Counted from the first letter of the stretch, positions 29,501 through 39,315 are shown. The stretch: 64,000 nt of DNA from an uncultured Candidatus Saccharibacteria bacterium (GCA_964585425.1 CAZPDI010000001.1:4804-68803), one strand, 5' to 3'. Numbers and translations are program-made. The notes: generated from the letters alone by a model not told the origin.

Positions 29501-30028
29501 CTACTGTGCGGCTTCGATTGATTTCTTAATTACTTCGCGAGCTTCGGCGGCGTTGCCCCAGCCGTTAAAGCTAACTGGCGTACCTGCCCAATCCTTCTTC
29601 CAATCCTTGTAGTGAGTATAGAAATGCTCCACAACTTTTTTAAATTCTGGGCCAAGATCTTCTACTTCTTGTATGTGGCTCTTGCTAACATCATCTGCGG
29701 CTACACAAATGAGTTTTTCGTCACCTTCGCCATCATCAATCATATTAAGCACGCCAATGGCGCGAGCCGGAACAACGATACCGGCTGGAACAGATTCGTC
29801 AATTATCACTAAGGCGTCGAGTGGATCGCCGTCATCACAAAGCGTTTCTGGCACATACCCATAATCGGCCGGATAGCCAAGAACTGTTCCGTTTACACGA
29901 TCAAGCGTGATCATGCCCGTTTCTTTATCCATTTCGTATTTGTTGCGACTACCTTTTTGAATTTCGATAATAACGTTGATTTCGTCTGGGGCGTTTTTGC
30001 CCGGACCAATGTGGGTGTGATGACTCAT
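29501..30028 (-). CDS. ppa: Inorganic pyrophosphatase (family I)
   Basis: 175 aa with NVIIEIQKGSRNKYE, YGYVPETLCDDGDPLDALV and the DDGEGDEK motifs. Confidence 0.9.
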   Translation of the reverse strand: MSHHTHIGPGKNAPDEINVIIEIQKGSRNKYEMDKETGMITLDRVNGTVLGYPADYGYVPETLCDDGDPLDALVIIDESVPAGIVVPARAIGVLNMIDDGEGDEKLICVAADDVSKSHIQEVEDLGPEFKKVVEHFYTHYKDWKKDWAGTPVSFNGWGNAAEAREVIKKSIEAAQ

Positions 30029-30088
30029 ATAAGCTTCCTTTTATCTGGTTAGATTATAGCAAAGCCGGCACATTTGCACCACAATTAC

Positions 30089-30117
30089 TTGATTAAATAT
30101 TACTTTTATAGTAGAGT
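30089..30117 (+). promoter_or_regulatory. Candidate promoter of GC-rich cassette 2
   Basis: TTGATT (30089-30094), a 17-nt spacer, then TAGAGT (30112-30117). Confidence 0.45.
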
Positions 30118-30181
30118 TTGCTTATTCTTTTACAATCTAGCTAATCAGCCCACCACAACCAAACAAACAAAGGAGCGAGCG

Positions 30182-30556
30182 ATGATCACATGTGAAGTGC
30201 AGGACCAGGCTGGCGGGAAGTCCACGAGCGTCATCACCCTCGGTGATGCCCTGGCTGCCGTTGCCTACCTGATCGGCATCAGCGGGAACTCCCAGCTTGA
30301 GTACCACGAGCTGATCGAGGGCCAGTCGTTGACCATCATCTCGGAAGGACATGCCCTCGTTGGGCAGATCGAGATGCCGGACTTCGAGGAGGAGGAGCCC
30401 TACTTCGGCCTGATGTACACCTTCTCCAGCAACGGCGATCGCGACTTCGAGCTGTTCAGCCTGCTGGTTCTGCCGGCAATGTTGCTGAACCTGCAGCAAT
30501 GCGAACCGCAGGTGATCATCGAGCTCGAGCGGATGCGCCAACCGGTGACCGCCTGA
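30182..30556 (+). CDS. GC-rich ORFan, 124 aa, acidic
   Basis: The start was moved to ATG 30182, behind the SD AAAGGAG and a CA-rich leader; the track start 30074 lies in the AT-rich promoter. No family recognised. Confidence 0.55.
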   Translation: MITCEVQDQAGGKSTSVITLGDALAAVAYLIGISGNSQLEYHELIEGQSLTIISEGHALVGQIEMPDFEEEEPYFGLMYTFSSNGDRDFELFSLLVLPAMLLNLQQCEPQVIIELERMRQPVTA

Positions 30557-30573
30557 GGTTGCGGTGAGTAGGC

Positions 30574-30595
30574 CAGGTTCCCTCCGGGGAATCTG
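30574..30595 (+). terminator. Hairpin with C(UCCG)G tetraloop closing cassette 2
   Basis: CAGGTTCCC-tccg-GGGAATCTG forms a 9-bp stem with one G-U pair. No U tract. It is convergent with the HAD gene. Confidence 0.45.
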
Positions 30596-30630
30596 TGCCG
30601 ACCACCGGCTGATTGGCTAGATAAAAAGAT

Positions 30631-31191
30631 TTATGATAAAAGTTTTTGAACTTGCGAGATCGAGGTATACAGCTCGGCTTGTAAGCCGGCTCGCAGGGCG
30701 CCGTCGACGTTGGCTTGGCGATCATCAAAGAATATAACATCTTGAGCCTCAAAACCTAATTGCTGTACAGCATACTGGTAAATACGAGCATCGGGCTTCA
30801 TCATATTTAATTCACCCGAAATAAAGATTTGATCAAAATGCCGAGTAATACCATGACCTTCCATATACGGCCGTAAGCTTGAGCCATCATTAGAAAGCAC
30901 GGCGGTTTTTATTCCCTTTTGTCGCAACTGATCAATGACTGCCAGCAAGGGGTGGTTGATAGCTACTTCGTTTTTAAGCTCCTGCTTAACAACCGAAACG
31001 GGACGTCCCACCCCGGCGGCTAATGCTTCGAAATACTGGTCTAGGCTAATCTCGTCCAGATCAATTTTGCGAGATGCCTCTTTTACCACATCATGGATGT
31101 CAGGATGTTGCGCTACTTGGTTTTCGGCCCAAATAATAACTTCGTCCGTTTGGATAACGCCATAAAAATCAAAGATGGCCGCTTTAATCAT
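30631..31191 (-). CDS. HAD-superfamily hydrolase (subfamily IA-like)
   Basis: 186 aa with AAIFDFYGVI (motif I), LSND (motif II) and FFDD (motif IV). Confidence 0.7.
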   Translation of the reverse strand: MIKAAIFDFYGVIQTDEVIIWAENQVAQHPDIHDVVKEASRKIDLDEISLDQYFEALAAGVGRPVSVVKQELKNEVAINHPLLAVIDQLRQKGIKTAVLSNDGSSLRPYMEGHGITRHFDQIFISGELNMMKPDARIYQYAVQQLGFEAQDVIFFDDRQANVDGALRAGLQAELYTSISQVQKLLS

Positions 31192-32144
31192 GAGATATGA
31201 TGCGAGGCCAACCAGCGCTCGGCGTCAATGGCCGCCATGCAACCCGAACCGGCCGAAGTAACTGCCTGACGATATTCGTGGTCTTGCACGTCGCCAGCAG
31301 CAAATACACCCTCGACGTTCGTCATGGTGCCGTGATGCGTTTTGATATAGCCATTTTCCAGCAGATGAATCTGATCGGCAAAGAGCTCGGTATTTGGTCG
31401 ATGGCCAATAGAATAAAAGAGTCCTTGGAGCGGCATCTCCGTGTATTCATTGGTGTGATTATTGTGGAGCTTGGCCGCGGTGAGCTCAGGCTTACCAATA
31501 AGTTCTTTGACTTCGGTATTCCAATGGAATTCTATCTTTTCATTGGCTTTGGCGCGATCCTGCATAATCTGGCTGGCGCGCAAGTGGTTGCCGCGCACGA
31601 AAACATTTACCTTAGTGGCAAATTTGGTAAGGAATACTGCCTCCTCCATGGCGGCGTCACCACCACCAACAATACCAACTTCTTTACCAGTAAAGAAGAA
31701 CCCGTCGCAGGTGGCACAAGTACTCAAGCCGTGACCAATCATCTCGTCTTCGCGGTCCAGACCAAGCATAATAGACTTGGCACCAGTCGAGATGATAATA
31801 GCTTCGGATTGAAACTCTTTATCGCCCACCCATACCCTAAACGGACGCTTGCTAAAGTCGACCTTGGTAACATCTTCGGTTAAGAAGTCGACATCAAAGC
31901 GTTGAGCTTGCTTACGCATAGTACTCATAAGCTCGGGGCCAAGAATACCATTTTCGAAACCCGGATAATTTTCTACTTCCGTCGTCCACATTAACTGACC
32001 GCCCGGCAAATTGCCTTGTGGGCCAGCGCCACCACCCTCGATAACCAAGGGCTTGAGCGCTGCTCGACCGGTATAAATGGCAGCTGTCAGACCGGCAGGG
32101 CCGGAACCTATGATTATTACTTTGCGGGTGGTGTTGCCTGTCAC
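31188..32144 (-). CDS. trxB: Thioredoxin-disulfide reductase
   Basis: 318 aa with IIGSGPAGLTAAIY, the CATCDG redox-active motif and GGGDAAMEEA. Confidence 0.9.
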   Translation of the reverse strand: MTGNTTRKVIIIGSGPAGLTAAIYTGRAALKPLVIEGGGAGPQGNLPGGQLMWTTEVENYPGFENGILGPELMSTMRKQAQRFDVDFLTEDVTKVDFSKRPFRVWVGDKEFQSEAIIISTGAKSIMLGLDREDEMIGHGLSTCATCDGFFFTGKEVGIVGGGDAAMEEAVFLTKFATKVNVFVRGNHLRASQIMQDRAKANEKIEFHWNTEVKELIGKPELTAAKLHNNHTNEYTEMPLQGLFYSIGHRPNTELFADQIHLLENGYIKTHHGTMTNVEGVFAAGDVQDHEYRQAVTSAGSGCMAAIDAERWLASHHIS

Positions 32145-32401
32145 TACGCCAGACCTAGTGCTGCATCAATTTTAGGCTTATCGAAGCCAAGGATGTGAAC
32201 ATCGTCTTTACCATCCTGGGCAATAACAGTAAAGGGTACACCCATTTGGCCACTGAGTTCAATCATCTCTTTGGCTTTGTCCTGATCAAGGTCGACCATG
32301 ACGTCCTCAAAAGCAATGCCCTTCTCGGCCAAATACTCTTTTTCCTTCTTGCAGAAACCGCACCAAGTTGTGCTGTAAATTGTGATTTTTGGCTTACTCA
32401 T
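32144..32401 (-). CDS. Glutaredoxin-like (NrdH/Grx family) protein
   Basis: 85 aa. ITIYSTTWCGFCKKEKEYL carries the CxxC motif. The gene is adjacent to trxB. Confidence 0.75.
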   Translation of the reverse strand: MSKPKITIYSTTWCGFCKKEKEYLAEKGIAFEDVMVDLDQDKAKEMIELSGQMGVPFTVIAQDGKDDVHILGFDKPKIDAALGLA

Positions 32402-32638
32402 AATTGTTTTCCTCCTATTCCCATTGTAGCAAACATGTCAAATAATGTAAGTGGCTAACATATTGCTTTGTGGTTATTTTGAGCGGCGAACAACCAGCCA
32501 TGTATGACTACCTACCCCCGCGGGTAACCATCTACGGCTGGCAGCTCGCACCTCAAACACTCACCTGTTTCTAGAATAACAAATTTAGTGACGCGGGGCT
32601 AGGAGTGGTATACAATACATGCATAACGAGGATGGAAG

Positions 32639-33031
32639 ATGCTCAAAGATTTTAAAAAGTTTTTACTCCGTGGCAATGTAGTTGATCTAGCTGTTGGTAT
32701 TGTCGTTGGTGCCGCCTTTACGGCCGTAGTTAACAGTTTTGTAACCGCCTTTATTAACCCACTGCTTGGTATATTCTTGGGTAAAACTGATTTCTCTAAG
32801 GTCGTGTTTACCCTTGGGAAAACCACCTTCCCCATCGGCGTGTTTATTAGTTCGCTGATTTCGTTTGTAATTATCGCCAGCGTCATCTTCTTCTTTGTCA
32901 TTACCCCAATTAATAAACTGATGATGGCAGCGCAGCGCAAAGAAGACAAAAAAGAAGCCGAGGAAATCAAGACTGATGCCGCAATACTAGAAGAGTTAAA
33001 ACAGATCAACAAAACGCTAGCTAAAAAGTAG
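32639..33031 (+). CDS. mscL: Large-conductance mechanosensitive channel
   Basis: 130 aa. MLKDFKKFLLRGNVVDLAVGIVVGAAFTAVVNSFV is the canonical MscL N-terminus. Confidence 0.9.
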   Translation: MLKDFKKFLLRGNVVDLAVGIVVGAAFTAVVNSFVTAFINPLLGIFLGKTDFSKVVFTLGKTTFPIGVFISSLISFVIIASVIFFFVITPINKLMMAAQRKEDKKEAEEIKTDAAILEELKQINKTLAKK

Positions 33032-33034
33032 CTG

Positions 33035-34966
33035 TTATTTAATTAGATTCAGCGCGTCGCCGCGAACAACCAGATCAGAGACCTTGGCCAAGGCTGATTG
33101 CTCATCATACACAATCTTGCAGGCCGATAGCGCAGTTACCCTGTGGTCATCTGCCTTATAGCAGGTGCCGCTTTCGAACTTACCGTCGCCAGGGTTAGTA
33201 TAGAGTACATCGTTAGTCTCGATTATTTCTATAGACCCAGCGGTATTGCGTCGTATTGCTACTGGCTTACGTGGACTTAAGAGGTCCTGACCAAGCATGG
33301 TCCGTGGCGTTTTGATGCCTAATAACCCCAGGATTGTTGGGGCGTAATCCAAATGACTGGCCGGTGCATCATCCTGAACAATAATGCTACTACCTGGAAC
33401 ATGCACGATCAGCGGAACATTTTCGCCATTGGTAAAGAACGTTTTTTGATCAAAGGCGTCGAGACCGCGGAACTTAGCAAAACCCTTGTCGTTTTCGCTA
33501 CTCATAAAAGCACGGTGATCGCCGTAGAGTGCAAAGATGCTGCTGTCGTACAGGCCGTTGGCTTTGAGTTTATCGATCAACAGACCCACCTGCTTATCGA
33601 CGTAGGCCAGACTTTGAATGTAGTTGATCTGGAACTGACTTAAACCTTCGGTACCCTTAATGCCGAGCACTTGCTCATCTTTAGGTATATCAAACGGCGT
33701 ATGCGAGGTAAGCATGGTTAGCTGGGCGTAGAATGGCTGCGGTAACTTGGTAAGGTACGGCACGCTCTGTTCCACGAACTCTTTGTCGCTCAAGCCCCAA
33801 CCAATAGGCTTGGTGACTTTATAAGAATTTATATCGTAATACTTTTGCCATCCAAGATAAGGATAGGCTACATTGCGATTCCAAAACGTAGCAGCGTCGC
33901 CATGGAAGACATTCGTGCTATAACCGGCATCACGCAGGAGCTCAGGCAAGCCAGCATAATCGTGCGTAGGATACTCAAAGAAGGCGACTCGATCCATGGT
34001 AGGTAAGAGTGAGTTCTGCGTCTCAAACTCACCATCAGCGGTGCGGCCGGTGCTCACTTGATCATGATATTTAGAATAATAGGCACTTTCTTTAACCAGC
34101 TTATTGAGGTTTGGCGTGATCTCTTGACCCTGGATGCTTCGACCAATCGCAAAGGCCTCGTATGATTCGAGCTGGACGGCGATCACGTTTTTACCCTTGG
34201 CGATACCAAAATTTGGACCAGGCTGCTGCTCGGGCGATCGACCCTTAGCCCACTGGGTAATATAGGTTTTATCGGCCTCGCTAATGCCGCGGGAGCTGGT
34301 GAAGTAGCGATAGGTATCGAGCACCGAGTACATATGCACGCCGACTTTAGCTACCATAGTACTGTTGTCGTATGGCACCTCCAGCAACTCGCGCAAACCG
34401 CCGTGCTTGCGCCGCTCTAGGCTCAGCATGCCGCCAAAGGCTATTACAAAAACAAGACCCACGCCCACCAAGGCGATGAGTCGGGTGCGCAAACGATAGC
34501 GCGGCTGTGGCTTTTTGCGATCAATGAACCAATACCACAGCGCAATTATTGGAAGCATGGCCACAAACACTAGTAGAATGGGTGATATTTTTACCTTAAT
34601 CGAATCGCCAACCGAACCAACATACATTACGTACCGGAGTGCCGAACCACGAATAAAGGTGTTAAACGAAAGGAAGTAAATAAATTGGGCAACAAATAAT
34701 AACTCAGCCAGAAATGCGGCAACACTCAGCCAAACATAGCGCCCGCGTCGATACAAGACGACGGCCGGACCAAATAAAAAGATACCAATGGCCAAGGCAG
34801 CAATAGTTCGTTGCCGCGATACCAAACCAGATATGTCCAGCCAACTATTAAATAAATGAGTCTGAACCACAAACACAAATATAAGAATAACCGGCAGCGA
34901 CCATTGCTGACGGGCAGCCCAAACTTTAATGGCGAGCCTTTTTGCCCCCCGAACGATATTTGTCAT
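33035..34966 (-). CDS. LTA synthase family protein (membrane sulfatase-fold, LtaS-like)
   Basis: 643 aa with five N-terminal TM helices and an extracellular sulfatase-like domain (LESYEAF..TADGEF..LTSHTPF). Confidence 0.7.
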   Translation of the reverse strand: MTNIVRGAKRLAIKVWAARQQWSLPVILIFVFVVQTHLFNSWLDISGLVSRQRTIAALAIGIFLFGPAVVLYRRGRYVWLSVAAFLAELLFVAQFIYFLSFNTFIRGSALRYVMYVGSVGDSIKVKISPILLVFVAMLPIIALWYWFIDRKKPQPRYRLRTRLIALVGVGLVFVIAFGGMLSLERRKHGGLRELLEVPYDNSTMVAKVGVHMYSVLDTYRYFTSSRGISEADKTYITQWAKGRSPEQQPGPNFGIAKGKNVIAVQLESYEAFAIGRSIQGQEITPNLNKLVKESAYYSKYHDQVSTGRTADGEFETQNSLLPTMDRVAFFEYPTHDYAGLPELLRDAGYSTNVFHGDAATFWNRNVAYPYLGWQKYYDINSYKVTKPIGWGLSDKEFVEQSVPYLTKLPQPFYAQLTMLTSHTPFDIPKDEQVLGIKGTEGLSQFQINYIQSLAYVDKQVGLLIDKLKANGLYDSSIFALYGDHRAFMSSENDKGFAKFRGLDAFDQKTFFTNGENVPLIVHVPGSSIIVQDDAPASHLDYAPTILGLLGIKTPRTMLGQDLLSPRKPVAIRRNTAGSIEIIETNDVLYTNPGDGKFESGTCYKADDHRVTALSACKIVYDEQSALAKVSDLVVRGDALNLIK

Positions 34967-34968
34967 GC

Positions 34969-36009
34969 TTATAGCTTATCCTGTTCGGGTGGGTTAGTAA
35001 ATATTGTGGCAGCCTGCTCTTGTATCGCTCGGTAGCTACGACCCACTGGCACGAGGTTACCGTTGGCGCCGCTGGTAAGCAATCCACCGGGTGCCGTGGA
35101 TAATACCCATCGTATAGGTTCGCCAGTTTTTTGCGACCACATCCAGGCCAAACGCACCATATTAGGGCCGCTAATATCAGTATCCATGCCAGTGCGCAGA
35201 GCATTGCTGACGGCCGCCGCACTTACCGGATTGAGCCAAACACGCGGCTGAACGAGCTTGGCCATTAATAAGGAAATCACTTCTTGCTGACGCGCCGCTC
35301 GACCAAAATCATTACCACACGTCCCCTTACGGCAGCGGGTGTACTCCAGGGCGCGGGCGCCATCCATGTGTTGCAAACCGGGCTGAATATTTATGCCGCA
35401 CGAACGATATTCATTATCGGCACACGGATATTCGTTATCGATCAAGGCCTCTTTAACATCGACGTCTATGCCACCGACAGCATCAACCAGTTTACTCAAT
35501 CCACTAAAGTTAGTTACTACCGTGTAATCAATCGGTAGATCTAAAAATTCACTAACGGTTTGTGTTGCCAACTTACTCCCGCCCAGCGCGTTAGCATTGT
35601 TAATCTTACGATAACCATAACCCGGGATATTCGCCTCGGTGTCGCGTGGGATACTAATAGTCGCCACTTGTTTAGTAGCCTTATTAAAACTCACAACCAT
35701 AATGCTGTCGCTTAATTCTTGGCCGGCATGGCCAGGATCACCTTTACCGAGAATAAGTACATTAGTGCGTCCGTTGTTATCGGCTGATAATCCGGCCGGA
35801 TCAAACGGCTTACTACTGACGCCCCGCAGAGTATGGATACCAAACCAACCCAGGGCAACGGCCGAAAGTATAATAATAGCCAAGAGCGCCAGGAAAAATC
35901 GTTTTACCCAGCGCCACGGCGAACTGCCTGCCGACTGCAATTTGCGTCGGTTTTCCTCTTCTTCTATCTGTCGTAAGTAATCATCGGGGCTCTGCATATG
36001 TGCTGCCAT
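34969..36009 (-). CDS. LytR-CpsA-Psr (LCP) family protein
   Basis: 346 aa with one TM helix. NVLILGKGD..SDSIMVVSFN..SIPRDT..INNANALGG is the LCP signature. Confidence 0.8.
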   Translation of the reverse strand: MAAHMQSPDDYLRQIEEEENRRKLQSAGSSPWRWVKRFFLALLAIIILSAVALGWFGIHTLRGVSSKPFDPAGLSADNNGRTNVLILGKGDPGHAGQELSDSIMVVSFNKATKQVATISIPRDTEANIPGYGYRKINNANALGGSKLATQTVSEFLDLPIDYTVVTNFSGLSKLVDAVGGIDVDVKEALIDNEYPCADNEYRSCGINIQPGLQHMDGARALEYTRCRKGTCGNDFGRAARQQEVISLLMAKLVQPRVWLNPVSAAAVSNALRTGMDTDISGPNMVRLAWMWSQKTGEPIRWVLSTAPGGLLTSGANGNLVPVGRSYRAIQEQAATIFTNPPEQDKL

Positions 36010-36034
36010 ACCCCCATTATACTCCTATTAACGG

Positions 36035-36457
36035 TTATTTGTGGCTATGCTTCTCCCAGCGCTGCTCACGGCGATCTTGGAACTTATCGAGCTTAGCGAG
36101 TCGAGCGGCGATCTCTTTTTCGCCAACACCATCGGCCTTCCAGGTGGCAATTAATTCATCTTTAACCTTCTGGCTAAACTGAATGGGCGTTAAACCGGCA
36201 TCTTTGACCAGCTGATCAAGCTTCTTGGTACCACGCGCCTCTTTAAACTGCTCGATGGTCATCCCCAGAGCCTTAGCCTCGGCAGCTTTAAGCCCCACTC
36301 GCCAGGCCGGAGCCTTACGTTGGATGCTGGCATGACGATGCGTGGGCGCGCCATCAGCCGCACTGGCCATAGCTGGCGTCATTACCATACCTACGGCGAC
36401 AGCCGAGGTAACGATTCCGGTGGCTATTCGTTTGTAACGCTTGCGTTGTTTCTTCAT
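36035..36457 (-). CDS. Secreted small hypothetical protein
   Basis: 140 aa with a signal-peptide-like N-terminus (..AVAVGMVMTPAMASAADG) and a Lys/Glu-rich helical body. Confidence 0.45.
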   Translation of the reverse strand: MKKQRKRYKRIATGIVTSAVAVGMVMTPAMASAADGAPTHRHASIQRKAPAWRVGLKAAEAKALGMTIEQFKEARGTKKLDQLVKDAGLTPIQFSQKVKDELIATWKADGVGEKEIAARLAKLDKFQDRREQRWEKHSHK

Positions 36458-36483
36458 TGGGCAACCTCCTTGTTACCTCTGTA

Positions 36484-36996
36484 CTACAACGCTGGCGGTA
36501 AGTTTCTTTCGTTTTGAATCGACCTTGGTATAGGTTGCTCGTAAAAAGGACGGAACGGTCCTTGGCGCTGCAAATCGCGATTAATTGAGCTACGCGACAG
36601 ACCGGATCCTAGGCAAATCACAAAGACGATTACCCCTAAGACAATGCTCCACTCTGGCAAATTTCTGGCATAATGCGAGCGATGGCGGAGCAGGTAAATC
36701 ACCCCGGCGATAGATAAAGCAGCGATAAGCAAGAAGCCCAGCGGCAAATGATGCACATCAAAATAATAGCGGCCAAGCAGCCACGGCTTAAGTCCGCTGC
36801 GCGCAATCTCAAAACGTAGTACAGCCAAGTTAACTGCATAAATGCCAACTACCAGCGTAAAGGCTAATGCCGCCGCAAAGCCGGTACTAAGCAAGGCAAA
36901 ATACCAGTCGGCATGCATGCGCACCTGTCCGTCCTTGATCTGGTCGAGAACCTGATTGCTAATGGTTGGTTGTTTACTTGTTCTTTTATTACTCAT
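36484..36996 (-). CDS. Membrane protein, putative anti-sigma factor partner of the ECF sigma
   Basis: 170 aa with about four TM segments. It overlaps the 3' end of the ECF sigma gene by 4 nt. The function is inferred from position only. Confidence 0.4.
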   Translation of the reverse strand: MSNKRTSKQPTISNQVLDQIKDGQVRMHADWYFALLSTGFAAALAFTLVVGIYAVNLAVLRFEIARSGLKPWLLGRYYFDVHHLPLGFLLIAALSIAGVIYLLRHRSHYARNLPEWSIVLGVIVFVICLGSGLSRSSINRDLQRQGPFRPFYEQPIPRSIQNERNLPPAL

Positions 36997-37580
36997 GGCG
37001 ACACTCCCTGCGATGACAATAATGTTCTCATCTGCTCCTTAGCTCGACGGATGCGAGTAGCAACGGTATTGATTGGTAATTCTAGAATATCAGCAATTTC
37101 TTGGTAGCCATAGCCTTCTACCAGATTCAATAATAATGGCTCACGATACTTCGGCTGCAGTTCTTTAAACGATAATCGCAAGTTTTCGCCGAGTAGCTTC
37201 TGATCAGCCTCATCGGCCAGCGTATCGGGTACCGAAAACTCTGGCAGCGAATCAATCACCTGATCATCGGGTATGGCCACATAGCGCTTATTCTTTTTGG
37301 CGACGTTAATGGCCGTGTTATGAGCAATACGGTATATCCAGGCACTAAAGCTGTACTTGGGTTTATAGCTACGCAAGTTGGTGTAGGCCTTAATAAACGT
37401 CTCTTGTACCACGTCGGCACTGGCGTAATCCCCGCCCAATACGTAGGTCACATAGCGCAATAACTTGGCCTCATAGCGCTGCATAAGCTCTCCGTACACC
37501 TCAAGATCCCCGGCGATAACCTGGGCTACAAGATCGGCATCGCTGGCGGTCTGATGTTTGCTCATACGCCTATTATACAA
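36993..37580 (-). CDS. ECF-type RNA polymerase sigma-70 factor
   Basis: 195 aa with region 2 (DVVQETFIKAY) and region 4 (GYGYQEIADILELPINTVATRIRRAKEQM). Confidence 0.85.
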   Translation of the reverse strand: MYNRRMSKHQTASDADLVAQVIAGDLEVYGELMQRYEAKLLRYVTYVLGGDYASADVVQETFIKAYTNLRSYKPKYSFSAWIYRIAHNTAINVAKKNKRYVAIPDDQVIDSLPEFSVPDTLADEADQKLLGENLRLSFKELQPKYREPLLLNLVEGYGYQEIADILELPINTVATRIRRAKEQMRTLLSSQGVSP

Positions 37581-37606
37581 CCGTGGACGACAAAAACTTT
37601 CAGAAA

Positions 37607-38416
37607 TTAGGCGCTGGCAATATTGCGGCGAGCAAAGACTATGCCACCAATAATGAGCAGAACAATTGATGCAGCCACCATTATTGCGACGTGACTGTAA
37701 TTTAACCCTTTGATCAGTACGTTCTCGGAACCATAGTAATAATAGACCGAAAGTTTATCATACGGTTTGAGGGCTTCGACGCCAGCGGCCATAGCGTTTA
37801 AGAAATATCCGGAAACCGCCAATATGCTGCTGACGGCAATGGCGATGCTACGCTTACCGAATATCGCGGCCACGGCATAGGTTAAGGAGAGGAAGAAGAC
37901 GAGGAAGAGCCAGACGTTAGCGGTGGCGGCAATAACCTTAAATACATCGAGGCTTAGGCCTTGTTGCCAGAGGCTGATACCTAAACCAATACACAAGCCC
38001 ACCATCAGTAAGGCAAAGATAATAACGGGGGCGATCCACTTACTAAGATACACTCGGGTGCGACTAACTGGTGCAGCCAGGAGGGTTTGCAGGGTGCCAT
38101 CTTCTTCTTCGGTAGCCAAACCAATACCCAGCATAATGCCCAGCACGGCGGCAATCATTGGCATGGTTTTACCAAAGATTTGTGAGCCAAAATACCCGGG
38201 CACGGTATTAAAGTCGCCACTCAAGCCGGCAATACTCTTGAGTGCCGGTGGCAGCGTCTGGAACTGCTGGTTGATAACGTCGCTACTGCCAAAGGTGCTG
38301 TAAAACACGCCGACAAACCAGGCGAGGAAGGCGAAGCCCAGGAACCAGCCGAGCAAGAACCAGCGTCGATCATATAGGGTTTTAGTAATTACACCGTGTG
38401 GCTTATACTTACTCAT
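37607..38416 (-). CDS. ABC-2 type transporter permease
   Basis: 269 aa with about six TM segments. It overlaps the upstream ABC ATPase gene by 4 nt. Confidence 0.6.
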   Translation of the reverse strand: MSKYKPHGVITKTLYDRRWFLLGWFLGFAFLAWFVGVFYSTFGSSDVINQQFQTLPPALKSIAGLSGDFNTVPGYFGSQIFGKTMPMIAAVLGIMLGIGLATEEEDGTLQTLLAAPVSRTRVYLSKWIAPVIIFALLMVGLCIGLGISLWQQGLSLDVFKVIAATANVWLFLVFFLSLTYAVAAIFGKRSIAIAVSSILAVSGYFLNAMAAGVEALKPYDKLSVYYYYGSENVLIKGLNYSHVAIMVAASIVLLIIGGIVFARRNIASA

Positions 38417-39303
38417 TTGATTTCTCCGTACAGCTTCATAAATACTTCTTCGAGCTCCAGCTCACGGTTGGATATGCTAACAACTTCATACTTACTGAGT
38501 GCTTTTAAGAATTCGCTAACATTGCCAGTAACGGTGCACGTCATGACATTGTCTTCAAAATGTATATCCTTCATACTCTTAAACGATTTAAAGGCGTCAT
38601 GGGCTGGCTCTTTGGCAAAACGCACTTCGAATTCCTGTAATGAAGATTGGCGAAGCTTATTAACGGTGCTGACTTCGGCCAATTCGCCGCCCCGGATAAA
38701 GCCGACGCGATCACAAACCTTTTGGACCTCACTTAAGTTATGACTACTCATAAAGGTGGTGCCGCCATTAGCTTGATGATCGGCCAGTAACTCATAAAAT
38801 GCCTCTTGCATCAATGGGTCTAGCCCAGTAGTTGGCTCATCCATAATAAGCAGCTGCGGTTTGTGCATCATGGCAGCAATCAAACCAATCTTTTGTTTGT
38901 TGCCGCGCGAGAGGTGCTTGATGCGCGGTCGCAAATCGGCCTGTAGCTTACTGGCCAAGATGGCAATCTGACCACTCTCCACATCGCCATGGAGGTTTGC
39001 CATGTAGCCGATGTATTGCTCAGCCCGCAAATTATCGTACATACTCATATCCCCGGCCAAGTAGCCGATGTGCTTGTGGAGCTCTTTATAATCTTGTACC
39101 GAATCATATCCCAAGATTTTAATCGAGCCGGAAGTAGGATGTATCAAATTCAACATGGCGCGTATAGCAGTAGTTTTACCAGCACCGTTTGGCCCTAAAA
39201 ACCCGAAAATCTCTTTTTCTTTAAAGGTCAGGTTTATGTCTTTAAGCGCAGTCAGGTTACCGAATTGCTTGCATAAATCCTTAATTTCTACCGCATACTT
39301 CAT
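38413..39303 (-). CDS. ABC transporter ATP-binding protein
   Basis: 296 aa with Walker A GPNGAGKTT, signature LSRGNKQK and Walker B LLIMDEPTTGLD. Confidence 0.9.
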   Translation of the reverse strand: MKYAVEIKDLCKQFGNLTALKDINLTFKEKEIFGFLGPNGAGKTTAIRAMLNLIHPTSGSIKILGYDSVQDYKELHKHIGYLAGDMSMYDNLRAEQYIGYMANLHGDVESGQIAILASKLQADLRPRIKHLSRGNKQKIGLIAAMMHKPQLLIMDEPTTGLDPLMQEAFYELLADHQANGGTTFMSSHNLSEVQKVCDRVGFIRGGELAEVSTVNKLRQSSLQEFEVRFAKEPAHDAFKSFKSMKDIHFEDNVMTCTVTGNVSEFLKALSKYEVVSISNRELELEEVFMKLYGEIK

Positions 39304-39315
39304 ATGCTTATTGTA

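Larger units (their letters stand above)
30137..30620 (+). repeat. 14-bp inverted repeat bracketing cassette 2 (leader versus region after the terminator hairpin)
   Basis: CTAGCTAATCAGCC at 30137-30150 and GGCTGATTGGCTAG at 30607-30620. 13 of 14 positions are complementary, and the odd position would be a G-U pair in RNA. Confidence 0.65.
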
